This document shows, piece by piece, positions 12,862 to 25,042 of a stretch of 64,000 nucleotides of DNA; the first letter of the stretch is position 1, and every line of letters starts with the position of its first letter. Source of the stretch: Callorhinchus milii (Eukaryota); NCBI RefSeq assembly GCF_018977255.1, contig NW_024704743.1, positions 102,240,001-102,304,000 on the forward strand, written 5' to 3'. The notes under the pieces are model-generated. The model searched no databases and was not told where the DNA came from. It saw only the letters and a program-made list of their open reading frames with translations. Both the position numbers and the translations under genes were made by a program.

Positions 12862-13611
12862 GCTAGCATTTCCTGAATAGCTACTCTTTGTAATAGCTTG
12901 TTGACTGTTCCATCCACCCATACTTGTGATCCTGACTCAACTGAAACAAAGGAATAAGTGACCTCAATACATTCACTTAAATAACGCCTCGGTCTAGATA
13001 GGTGGTCATGAATCAGCATTCATAGTTACCATAGACCCCAATCCTAACACAAAAGGAGAGGGACTGAGTGTGTTTTAATTCTAGACACACATTGCTTGCA
13101 CAGGAACTGATGTATTTATTTGAAGTGCTGGACAAGTATAGGTGAAAACATATTATTTGTGTAGGAGATGCACACCCATTTAAGTTTCGTAATTTAAAAT
13201 AGTAGACAATGAACAGGTCCTTTAACCACCACAGCTTATCTTGCTTTCAAATGCAACTTGATTTAAAGCACCCTTCACAAAGGTAGGGTCTCAGATTACT
13301 TAAAGATGGCAAGCAAGAGGAGGTAACCGTAAGAGCAGCTGCAGATATCATTTTTTTTAGACAAGATTTAAAGACAGAACATGAGAGGAGAGACTGATAG
13401 GTAAAGGGATGGAGGTTCAGAGAGAGGGCAGTAGCTTCTGAAGGCTTGGGCACCAACAGTGGCTTTGTCAGGTTGGGGGATATGCCGCAATCCTAAGTTA
13501 GAAGAAATATTTCAATGTAGAGGACAATTAGAACATGTGCTTTGCCACAAGTAGATATTGAAACATAGACCAAAACGACATTTAAAAAGGAATGTTATAA
13601 TTATTTGAAGG

Positions 13612-14110
13612 TGTCAGCCTAGCTCAGTTGGTAGCACTGTCATCTCTGCTTACTGTCACCTCCTCCCTCCCTCTGGCTCAGAATCAGGCTCTGCCACTGT
13701 TATGCACTCTGAGACGCTGCCCTGTGTGAATGGCTCTATATAAATACAAGTTGTTGTTGAGTCAGACGATTCCAACCCTACGATGAGACTTTAAGGTAAT
13801 GATGCACCAGTACAACCCTGGATGAGCATTGCACATGGCAAAGGTGTCATTCTTCGGATGAAACAATGTACTGAGGTCCCATATACCTGTTATGGTGGAT
13901 TCTGTAGATCCCATGGCACTATTCAAGAAGAGAAAGGACTTTCTCCCGGTTTTCTAGCCAATCATTCACATCATGTTTGTTTGAGGGATATTTACTGTGT
14001 GCAAAATTAGCTGCTGTTTTCACCTAAGGATACAGAGTCATTACGTTTTACTGAAATCAATGTGATGCTGGTTTCAACTTGATGAGGCACAATACAAATG
14101 CCAGCATTAT
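13612..14110 (+). mobile_element. Old Deu-domain SINE with an L2 tail inserted at ~13650-13760
   Basis: Head tagctcagttggtagcac; Deu core gatcccatggcactattcaagaag; nested ...ataaatacaagttgttgttg. Confidence 0.78.
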
Positions 14111-14367
14111 AATTATGAATAATATAAATGGGTACAAGGAAAGAGCAGGCAATTGGGATTTGAAGATAGCTCTAGTGGAAAAGGTAGCATAAATACAAAC
14201 CCTACTGTGCTTTCATTTCTGTGACTGATAGGGTGAGAACTCAAAGAGTGAAAATTCAGAGCTGTACCACAGTAACAAAGATAAATAATTCATCATATAC
14301 AATTTTGACTGCTGAGGATAATTATGAAGGACTTAGAATAGATCAATGTATCTACAAAGCTACATAT

Positions 14368-14368
<1 letters not shown>

Positions 14369-14418
<50 letters not shown>
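14369..14418. repeat. (TAT)n microsatellite
   Basis: About 16 perfect units; explains the poly-Y, poly-I and poly-L ORFs in the track. Confidence 0.98.
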
Positions 14419-14419
<1 letters not shown>

Positions 14420-14426
14420 GTAGGTA

Positions 14427-15992
14427 ATAGCTACAACTCCTACCATGGCCCCCATCCCTACATTCTTTTGCCCCCTCTCTCCTTCCTCCATCTCATCCAC
14501 CATTCCCACAATGAAATCCACCACTTGCTGCCTCGCCACCATCCCCACCCAACTATTGATCACTAAGCTTCCCCTCCTCTGCCCACTGCTGACATACACT
14601 ATTATCCAGACTCTCTCCTCAGGATCAATCCCACACACCCTCAAAACAGTGGTCATCACACCCCTCCTTAAAAAACATAACCTAGATCCCTCCAATCTTG
14701 GCCACTACCACCCTATCTCAAACCTGCCCTTCCTTGCCAAAGCTCTGGAACGTGTTATTGCCAATCAACTTCGCGCACACCTCTCCAGTCCGGTTTCCGC
14801 CCTGCCCACAGTGCAGAGACAGCGCTCGTGAAGGTCACAAACGATATCCTTTCTATCTGTGACCAGGACCCACTCTGCCTCATTGTCCTCTTGGACTCCT
14901 CCATCACGTTTGACACAGTCGGTCACGCCGTCCTTTTCCACTGCCTGTCCTCCAGCATCCACCTCAGTGGGACCGCACTTGCTTCGTTCAAGTCCTACCT
15001 TACAAACCACCAGCACTACATTTCTGCAAATGGCTTTTCTTTGCCCTTCCACCCAGTCACCTGCAGGATCCATCCTTAGCCCCCTTCTCTTCCTCATCTA
15101 CATGCTCCCTCTTGGTTATGTCATCCGCAGACACGCGGTTAACTTCCACATATATGCAGATGACACTCAACTCTACTTTTCCACCTCCAGCTGCGACCCC
15201 AGTCCCCTGGTATTCTTTCAGCTTGTCTGTCGGACATCAGGAGCTGGATGAGTCCAAATTTCTTGCAGTTAACCGTCAACAAAACGGAAGCCACATTCTT
15301 TGGCTCCCACCGATGTCTTCTGTCCCATGGTTCGAACCTCCTCAACCTACTTGACCTGTCCTTAAAACTCTCTGAATCCAAATGCAACTTAGGCATCAGG
15401 TTCGATCCCCAGTTATCCTTCCTCCCCCTCCTCCTGTCCCTGACCAGCACCGCTTTCTTCCATCTCCACCACATTGCCCGTCTCTGACAATACCTCACCC
15501 CAAAAGCTGATAAAACCCTTGTCCATGCCTTTGTCACCTCGGCTGGCCTACTCTAATGCCCTCCTCACCAATCTCACCTCCTCCACTATTCACAAAACCC
15601 AGCTCATTCAAAATTCCGCCGCCCACATTCTCACCCGCACCAAACTTTGTACCCCGATTACTCCAGTGCTTGTCAAACTCCACTGGTTCCCTGTCACAGA
15701 GCAGATTGACTTCAAAATCGTCACTCTAGTGTTTAAATCCCTCCATTACTTGGCACCCCCCTATCTCTCTAACCTCCTCCCTCCCCACAGCAGTACCAAT
15801 TGCCTCACTCAACCCCTTCACTTCTCCCCTCCTTCCCCATCTTCAGGTCGTAATTGAAGACCTTCCTTTTCGACTGCGCCTACAGTCACCTTCCCCCTGC
15901 GCCTGGCCCAGCGTTGGGCTCCACCATTGTTAAGCACTCTGAGATGCCACCTGGCATGGAGGGCTCTACATAAATGTAAGTTATTGTTGTTG
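14427..15992 (+). mobile_element. L2 LINE, 5'-truncated, RT through 3' tail (degraded)
   Basis: ORF pieces [43 protein letters not shown]...LHWFP; tail ...ataaatgtaagttattgttgttg. Confidence 0.96.
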
Positions 15993-18900
15993 TAGATAAA
16001 GAATAATTGTTTTTGAAAATGTAAATATGTACGATTTCCTAATTAATATATCATCTGAGTGTGTTAATGAATAACTGAAAATTCAAAGAAGCAAAATGCA
16101 TCCAGTGAGAGTCCTCTGACTTTCATTACCTGCAATTTAAATTTTGTATGTTACAACAGAAAAAATGCTTTACAGGGAGAAAATTAGAATTTAGGCAGCA
16201 GGTCAACCTTGAGTGGTTTTTCCGTCTGTTTGATTTTGCAGTGAAAGTTAATTGTGAATGATCAATATTGAATTACTTAAGAAGCAATTAAATCAATACA
16301 GGTGATATGGTCCATCCCGAAAATGAGCATTGATCACTGAACCTAATCTGGTCTATTGCAATGAGGACTCAATGTTTCAACATTGCAGTAAAATTATTTA
16401 AAGAGAAACCTGAAATATAGCAGTAACTCCACGTACCTGAACACAGAATGAGAAATCATTTGAACTGCCTATCAGCCAATGCTTCAGGGATTGTAGAATT
16501 TCTATACAACCCATAATTTAAGAAAATTTGCAACTTGGGGCAGAAACCTTATTTTGTGTGCACTAATGTATATTTAAATCTATAGGATTTAATATTTGTT
16601 TTAAAGGAATTGGAAACCTCACAGCTCAATCTGAGAGATTTTCAGGTGTAAGATAAGGCTACAGTTTACAGTAAACACACACGTTCCAAATCGCCACCGA
16701 AAATCAATACCACTTTTTATCAAACAATATTGCGCACAGCATTAGATTGATTTAATCTCTTATTGTTTTTATTTTGCAACTAATTGCATAGGGTTTAAAA
16801 CAAACTCAGTAAAAGTGAAAATAATAATCCTTGCATTTTATATAACTTATTTCATACCTGAAGAATGTCTCAAAGCGCATTACAGGATTTACCATAAAGT
16901 GAGAGGATATTTGTAGGGCAAACATACACATCCAATTTGTGCACAGCAATGTCCCTCAAAGAGCCATGAAATAAAAAAAACAATATTTTGTGGGGGATCA
17001 TTGGGCAAGAAACCTTTCCTTCAGGTGATGATAATCAACAATTCTGTACAAAGTGAATCAGGGACTATGAGCAGAAACTACTTACTCATTCAATTGTGAA
17101 CTCTACGACAAATTGGAAGGCCAACAAACCATGAATTAGTGTTTTATTATTACTGTCACCCTATTGCTGTTCTATGCAAATCTGATTTTTTTTTGGCGTA
17201 TTTTACATTTTAGAAGGTTAGCTTTCCTTCATGGCCTGAGCTACTCCATGCTGTCAACAAAGCTACCACAAGTTCCACAGGATATATTTGCCTACCAGCT
17301 ACAAGGTAACAGAATCTGCAGCAAAGCACGGTTGACTAACCATATTCATAAACTATGGATTTTACTGTAAAGTGTAACAACTGTGTATTTGTAAGTAAGT
17401 GCAGCAGCCAATTTGCACACAATGTTCTACAAACACAACTATGAAGTGAATGTCCTATTTTATTTGAGCATTTTTAGGCCAGGACACTAGGAGAAACTTC
17501 CTTCATTTTTCAAACAGTACTATGTGATTTTTAATGTCCTCCTGAATAGGCAGACACGGTCTTGTATTTTTATTATTATTATAGTTCCCAACTAGTCATA
17601 AATCATTTTGGCCCAACCGGTTCTTAACTTACTGCTGATTGTTAATTATTAACAATATTAACAATAATAATTCTAGCATTTGATATAGCAATGTTGAGAC
17701 ACCTCTTGATGCTTCATAGGGTTTACTGCAACATATATATTTGTAGGCAAACATAGCAGCCAATTTGGCACACAACAATGTCCACACAAACGTCCATGAA
17801 ATGAATGAACAATTTTTTTCTAGGGAATTGTTGACCTGGAGAACTATCATTGAGATTAACAAAGGAGAGGATTTTGAAGTACTGTATCACGACAGCAGTG
17901 AGAGAAAAATCAGTTTCATTAGAATTAGATTAGAACCTCCTCTGCACAAATGTTGTGGACAAATAGATCAGATCTGATAGAAAAAATACTGAATTCAAAT
18001 AAAAACATTAATTCAAAACAGAGAATGGGAAGAAAGTGAATAAGAGGAAAAAAGCAAAATTATTAAATCAGATTAAATTTACAAAGATTTTCTAAAACAT
18101 GTCCTTACAGGTTAAAGGTGGAGTTTCAGTAGTCAGCAATCCAGTTTTAAAAGATAAGATCCCATCAGTTTATTAAGCTCAATGAAAACCTTCCTTCTAG
18201 GTTTGAATCTCAAAATACAAGATTAAACCTTAAATGTTCTTTAGACAAATCAGGAAGTGAAAGTGTGCCTGATAATCCCTTAGTAGAAAGGTACTCTCCG
18301 TATCTGATTCTTCCCTTTCTCCTTCTATATTGCTGAAATACACTTTCTGCCATGATGAATGCAAATTGTGGAGAGATTAGGTTTTTTACCTCTTAACACA
18401 GATGGAGATTAATGCAGTGATAGCTTTGAGTCTGGCTCCAATGGCCAGATACAAATACTCACTGAACTGGATTGGATGTGCCCTTCAATAATTAGTTAAA
18501 TTGATGGTTTTAGTCCTTTAGAGAAGTGTTTACTGCTTAGTTAACCCACATTGGACCTGACATCAGCACCAGGAAGTTTTGTTTTACGCCCCTGAGTGAT
18601 GTTGTGGAACTGACTGTGAGTTGGCATTAAACTCATCGATTCTGGAAAATATAGTTCTCAGACCCTTAACAAGCAAGTCTGGTCTATTCTGCATAAAACA
18701 TTGATTTCTACATATCAAATGCAAAGATTATTATTATTATTATTATTTCTGGTGGTTTCTCTTCCTGTTGACATTTTTACTGCTTTAATGCCAGTAGTAA
18801 TAACACCCGTTTTATCAAGGCAGTTTAAGTGGGTTATTTCAGTTAGCTAATCTGATTCATTTTGTATGATTTCCACTTGCTTTCAGTCAGAAGTCTTACC

Positions 18901-19636
18901 AGCAGCATTATTACGGTCATTGAAAAACACATGATGCATCAGCATATTGGTATTGAACCAACATTAGTGCTCCAGAAATAATAACTTCACTATCGGCTAA
19001 GCACAATATCCAGTGCATGTCAGTCTGCTGGGTTGAACATACAATTAACCATTGTATAAAATCCACCAAGGAAGTTCATAGTGGACTGTTGCAGCCAGGT
19101 TCAGTTAGTAAATAATAAAATGATAATCTTTGCATTTGATATAATGCCGGATCACATTGTTGGGTTCACCAATTCAAAGGGATAAAGATAGAAAAGGAAA
19201 TAATATTAAAAATAAATGCACTTTATTAGTACTGAAAAATAATATACAACTCAAAGTCAATAAGTCACCAGGGCCCGATGGTAGCAGTCAAGAAGCTCAA
19301 GGCAACATAGACATGGAAAATTAAATGCTTTGAGTACAATCTTTCGAACAACCTTGGATACAAAAGTATTGCCAGAAAATTGGAGGGTGCTATTACAATA
19401 CATTTTATTCAATTTACATTTGTACAGCATCCATCATTTTAGAAGAATGTCTCAAACTACTTAAATAATGTTATCAGCTATGTTCAAAGAGGGAGAATGT
19501 GATTAGCCAAGTAACTATAGACTAGTTAGCCTAATATGCATACTGAGCAACATTTTAGAGGCCATTGTACAGAATAACATTAATCATCTCTTGGAAAGAC
19601 ATGGGTAGATTAAAGAAAGCATGGATTTGTTAAAGG

Positions 19637-20550
19637 CAGCAACAACAGCAAAATTACATTTGTATAGTGCCTTTCCCATCAGGAGGATGTCCCAAAGTGC
19701 TGGACACTCAGTGTTTCGGACCCGAGCTGGGGGTCGTGGAGGATGACCGAAGGCATGGTCAAAGAGGAGGGACTTGAGACGAGTCTTGAAGAAAGCAAGG
19801 GAGGGGGGTGAGGAGGAGGGACTGTGAGGTGGAGTTTCAGAGGGTGGGGGCAGAGTGGGAGAAGACCTACCCATCAATGGTGGGGCAGGTTAGGCAGCGG
19901 ACATGAAGCAGGCTGGAGCCCACTGAGCGGAAGGAGCAGGCAGGTTGCTAAGGGGTTAGAAGGTCGTAGAGTTAGATGGGAGCAAGGCCATAGAGGGCTT
20001 TGAAAGTGAGGACCAGAATCTTGAACTGTGTCCTCTGTGTAATGGGATGCCAGTGGAGTCGGGCAAGGATGGGGGTGATAGGGTCACAGAGCCTGGTGCG
20101 GGAGAAAGCATGGGCTGCAGAGTTCTGGATGATCTGCAGCCTATGGAGGGAGGAGTTTGGGAGGCCAACAAGCAGGGAGTTTGCGTAGTCAAGCCTAGGT
20201 GTTATGAATGTGCGTATGAGGGTTTCGGTGGCCTGCAGTGTGAGACAATGGCAGAGCCGGGCAATGTTGCAGAGGTGTGGAAAGGCAGAGCAGGATGTGA
20301 CATGGATGTGTAGTAGGAAGAATAGTTATGGGTCAAACATGATGCCAAGGTTCTGAACTGGCTTAGTAAGGTGGAATGTGCATCCCTGGATGGTGACCCT
20401 CACTGCCTGAGGTGTGGAGTAGCTGACGGGAGCCAATCAGGAGGACATCAGTAATGTTGACCTTCAACTGTAGGAAGTTAGCTCTTCCAGGACTTGATGT
20501 CCGATAGACTTTCTGTCAGGACACCAGTGGTCCTGGAGTCGAGGATGGCA
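19637..20550 (-). mobile_element. L2 LINE 3' fragment nested in CR1
   Basis: Reverse-strand tail at 19637-19700; FKTRLKSLLFDHAF in ORF 19584-19877. Confidence 0.93.
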
Positions 20551-20971
20551 GATCGTGCTTGACACACTTATTAGAGTTTTTTTAAGAAATACCTGAGAGA
20601 ATAGATTTCAATAATGCTGTGGGTGCAGTGTGTATGGATTTTCAGAAGGCTTTTGATGTAAAGAAGGTGTAAATTGTGGCATCCCAGGAGTCCATTTTAG
20701 AATTACTGATTTTCACCTTTTATATAAATAATCTGAATTCCAGTGATCAAGGGCATAATTTCTAGATTTGCTAATTACACAAAAATAAGAAGAGCAGCAA
20801 CAATCATAGATATAGACAGACTAGAAGATTGGGCAGAGAGATGGCAAATTAAATTTAATGCAAAAATGCGTCAGGTTCAACATTGTGGGAGGAAGATTAG
20901 ATAAATCAACTGTACACTAAATTATGACACTTTAAAAGGAGTAGGAGAGCAGAAAGACCTAGTGGATTAAC

Positions 20972-20992
20972 ATATATATATATATATATATA
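20972..20992. repeat. (AT)n microsatellite
   Basis: About 10 AT units. Confidence 0.9.
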
Positions 20993-21789
20993 TTTACATT
21001 TGGGAAGGCAGGTGGATAGAGCTGTGACAAAAATGAATGGCATCCTAGGGGGAACATGTGGATATCTAGAGAGGAAGAATTTGGGGGGTATATAGAAAAG
21101 ACAGGTAAATAGGATTGAATGGATGCTCTTTTAAAGAGTCGTCATAGGCTGATGACATTTGCTGTAAATTTCTATGCTAATCCAATGGTGACAAGACTGT
21201 ATTTATAAACACTTTCTGGGATGGATGAGGGGTGTTGTGTAAGGATCTCTCTGTATTCTGTATTCCATGGTACACTTGTCAGGTCTACCAATCTACATCT
21301 AATTACCCGAGAACCAGTGGTGTCTGTGTTAGGCCTTTGGAAATGTAAAGGTGAGAAGTTATCCTTATTCCTAGTTGTGTGGTACATAAATCATGGTAAG
21401 TGGCCTCAGGAGGTTTGTGAACCAAACTGTGGTTTCAGATGTGAATCTTGAACTGCAATTTCATGAATTCATATGCTGAATCTAAAAGCTAGTCTTTTGA
21501 ATGCTTATCACAAGTAATTGTCAGCAAACAGCAAGGTACTATATCTGATATACTTAGGACAGATTGTGCTCATCAAGTAGTAGGAAAGGGAACACTGTCC
21601 CACTTTGTGTACTGTCAAGTCACAACATCAAACAATCTCAGGTCAGGTACACTTTGGTTGGAACAAAACTCTATTCTGTCCCAATAAAGGGCCTCAGCCA
21701 AATCACAGAAGAGCAACCCATGTTCACCAGTGTGATATTTTCCATTCCCCATGCATAACAATGAATGAATCAATGAGTTGTGACTTGGA

Positions 21790-22446
21790 ATTCACAGTAT
21801 AAGCTGATCTGTCAATACAATTCTGTGGGTGCGTTTTATTATTGGTGCTATGCTTCAGGTGATTTGTTAAATCAAAGGCCTGTTTTGCCTGTTCAGCAGG
21901 TTGTTAAAGATTCCATGACACAATTCAAAAATTAGAAGGGAGTTTTTCCAGTTGTCCTGGCTAACAATCCCCAGATAAAATTGATGATTCACTTGATAAT
22001 TATTTGTGGGAATTAGTTGCCACATTGGTCTACCACATACGTAGCCATTCCACTCTACAGTAATAATAATAATAATAATCCTTGCATTTGATATAGCGCT
22101 TTTCACGTCAGGAGGACATCCCAAAGCGCTTCACAGAACACACTGTAAAGTGAATTGACTATATTTGTGGGCGAACACGGCAGCCAATTGCGCACAGCAA
22201 TGTCCCACAAACAGTCGTGGATTGAAAATGACCAATTTTTTATTATTGTTTTGTTTTGGAGGGATTATTATTAGGCGTGTGGAGTAAGGAAACTTGCCCA
22301 AGGTTTCACCCTGCCTGGAATTGAACTCAGGTCTCTCGCTTGCTAAGCGAGTGCTCTAACCACTGAGCTACAGGACTCCACAGTAAATCCTGTTAAGCGC
22401 TTTGAGAAGTAATAAAGTACTGTACCAAATGCAAGATTTATTATTA
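21790..22446 (+). mobile_element. Old Deu-domain SINE hosting a young SINE
   Basis: gttaaatcaaaggcc...ttaaagattccatgaca...gtcctggctaaca; the tail resumes at 22381. Confidence 0.78.
22061..22380 (-). mobile_element. Young full-length tRNA-Ala-like SINE
   Basis: Nearly identical to 6187-6511; acagtaa at both junctions. Confidence 0.95.
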
Positions 22447-24006
22447 CAAACACACAGTTGTTACATTTAACAACAATTACCTGTGATGCGCTTTAAGATT
22501 TGTTGATGTCATGCACTCGGCTTCAAATACAACAATTATTAGCATCAGTATTATTGATGATATATTATTATCAATAATATTGATATTACTATCAGTATTA
22601 TTGTAATTTGATTTTGATTGTACCAGGATTAGTATTTCTTCAAGTAAGTAAGCCAAGCACAGCACAGCTATGCTCACCAAAGTATCATTTAATGAGTTAA
22701 ACTTGTAGCATTGAGTAAGTTAAAATTATTTTAAAAAACTTGCTTAGTTTTACCTTTCTAAAAACCCAGCCAAATTAACGTCTGATATACCTCATTGTGC
22801 AATAACACTTTTGTATAGAAGGCTCCAAGCTTGAGAACTGTGCGTTAGAGGGAGGCAGACCGCAAAAATCACATTAGGAGGAAGAAGATGAACAGCTTTT
22901 GGTTACAAATGAGAACTGAAGGTGTACTGATGAGAATATAAAACATGTTGAAAGGCACTGAAGAGACTTAATAATGCTGGTCGGAAAGTAAAGGAGAGAA
23001 CAAATAGACAACAGGTTCATCATATGGCTGATGAAAGCAGAGTGCATCACATGAATAACAATCAGATGCAAAGGCACTGCAACCATCCATCGTCAGCTGG
23101 TGAAGCTTGCTGCTGGCATTTTTACTGTGTTGTAATGAAACTTATGCCATACAGAATTAAAGTAACTCGACAACTCAGGAAAATTATCATTGCAATCTTC
23201 CCTGACTATCATTTGTGTGAGAAATATTTTAAAACAAAGCACGGCTACCTGAGGTGAGAGGAAGTCATATGCTCTTAACATACAACAAGAAGCATTTATT
23301 CCAAATCTAGATTATCCCACAAAATGCTTTAAAGAAAATTGATTTGACTAAAGGCCAGCAAAAAAACACACAATTTTATCGGCATAAGATGAGTTCCACA
23401 AAGCATCAGAACATTTTATGATCCACTCCCATAAAATATGAAATATTACCTTTGGGCAACCATTAGTAGCTGATGCAATCATGCATGGCATTCTGTGAAC
23501 AAATTGCTATGATAAAATTGTTCATTCGCTGTCCCTGACCGTACGTTGACAAGATGCACAATAACTTATTGAGTCTCACACAGTACCTATTTAACTGGAC
23601 AGGACGGTATCTTTATCACAAATCATATTAGAAGAGATATCAGAATTGATGACCAACAGCTGGCTGGGCATATATTATGAAGCAATGGTGCAAAATAGGA
23701 TTTCTGATGATGTTATAAAGCAAAGCCTTTCATACCTACTTCTGGACAGTTACTGCTTTTCAAAGTACCTTTTAATTTATACTTTGTTTTCCAGGTTCAT
23801 AGGGCTTTATGGTATGGTTTATAATCTTCCTTAATTACATATGTCTGTACAAATTTCCATCTTCCACTGCCACAGTCTGATGTTGGTATTTAACTTGTGT
23901 ATTTCTTGTTGTTTCAATTCTTATTTCATATCACGACTGCCAAGTCATATACATATCATAACCTGCTGGGTTGTGGTGGAACACGAGGGAGAAAGTTCAA
24001 ACTCAC

Positions 24007-24106
24007 GACCTCAGGGTATTAGCTGAAATGTGACTCCCCTCTGTGACAGCCATCAAGAAACATCTATGCTCGCGAACTCGAAGGGACGTCAAGGGTCCAA
24101 CAACCA
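24007..24106 (-). other. Candidate 100-nt exon or conserved non-coding element (gene unassigned)
   Basis: cctaattatcctccttcacag| acceptor, |gtgagt donor, clustered CpGs in a CpG-poor background, one open frame. Confidence 0.35.
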
Positions 24107-25042
24107 CTGTGAAGGAGGATAATTAGGCAACACAGCATCATGTGACAGAAAAAGAAGGTGAGATGGAATCTTGTACATATTACAGAAGAATAAATACAGC
24201 AAGTTGAATAAAGATCATGAGAAACGCTGCTGGCGTCATCTCAGTATTAGTAATACTCTTTTGACAGGATCCCAGAGGGGACGATAAAATTATAATGCAA
24301 CTGTACTAAGTATGTCTGCTCTGCTGGAGCAGGGCTTAGTATTATTAATGGGTTTTGGCAACATTTCCATTATGTGCTGAATTTTCCAAATTACCTTTCT
24401 GTCATATCATTTATCAGTGTCTAAATTTTGATATTTCACCCATGTGAAGTCTTTGAAGGATTTAATTCGGTATCACACTGTGGTCCATGCACACTTCATT
24501 TCAGCACAGATTAGGGTCTCCATAACTAAATGGTTCCCAATAAAATTGCCTACTTTCACAAAATTCTTAGCCATAAGCATACAAGATGCTCTTCCTCCTG
24601 GACTATCTATTTCCTCCTAAACTGCCTGCTTTCAGTAACAATTCAAATTGATCAAAGCTATTATATTTTTGTAGTTAGTTTGCAATTGGAAATAGTTTTG
24701 GTCATTAAAACATATCTTTTTTAAAAAAAATTAACATGCTCCAGATATGAGAAAGCAGCAATGAAATAATTACTCCAATTGTCATCCGTTTTTGGCATCA
24801 GCACAACTGATATTTGTATGTAAGTCTAACACTTCCACCTGCACTTGGCTATATTTTAGTGGCTACAATGTGGAATGGTGAATGGAGCTTGCTTTGTAAT
24901 GCAACGTTACTGTGAATGTTTGTGCAACTGAAGATTGGTGGCACACCTTGCATCCTTTCTACACTTTTAGTGATTAAGAATCGCTAACATACCAATTCTC
25001 ATTGCCTGATTTCAATACCATTAATCATAACACAGGACATGG

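Larger units (their letters stand above)
19250..21175 (+). mobile_element. Old CR1 LINE fragment split by an L2 insertion
   Basis: aagtcaccagggcccgatgg (KSPGPDG), aactatagactagttagccta, atggattttcagaaggcttttgat (MDFQKAFD), tggcaaattaaatttaat; CR1-like end at ~21170. Confidence 0.85.

Noticed and set aside
14221..14695. ORFs with poly-L, poly-Y and poly-I tracts
   Set aside because: Translations of the (TAT)n microsatellite and the adjacent L2.
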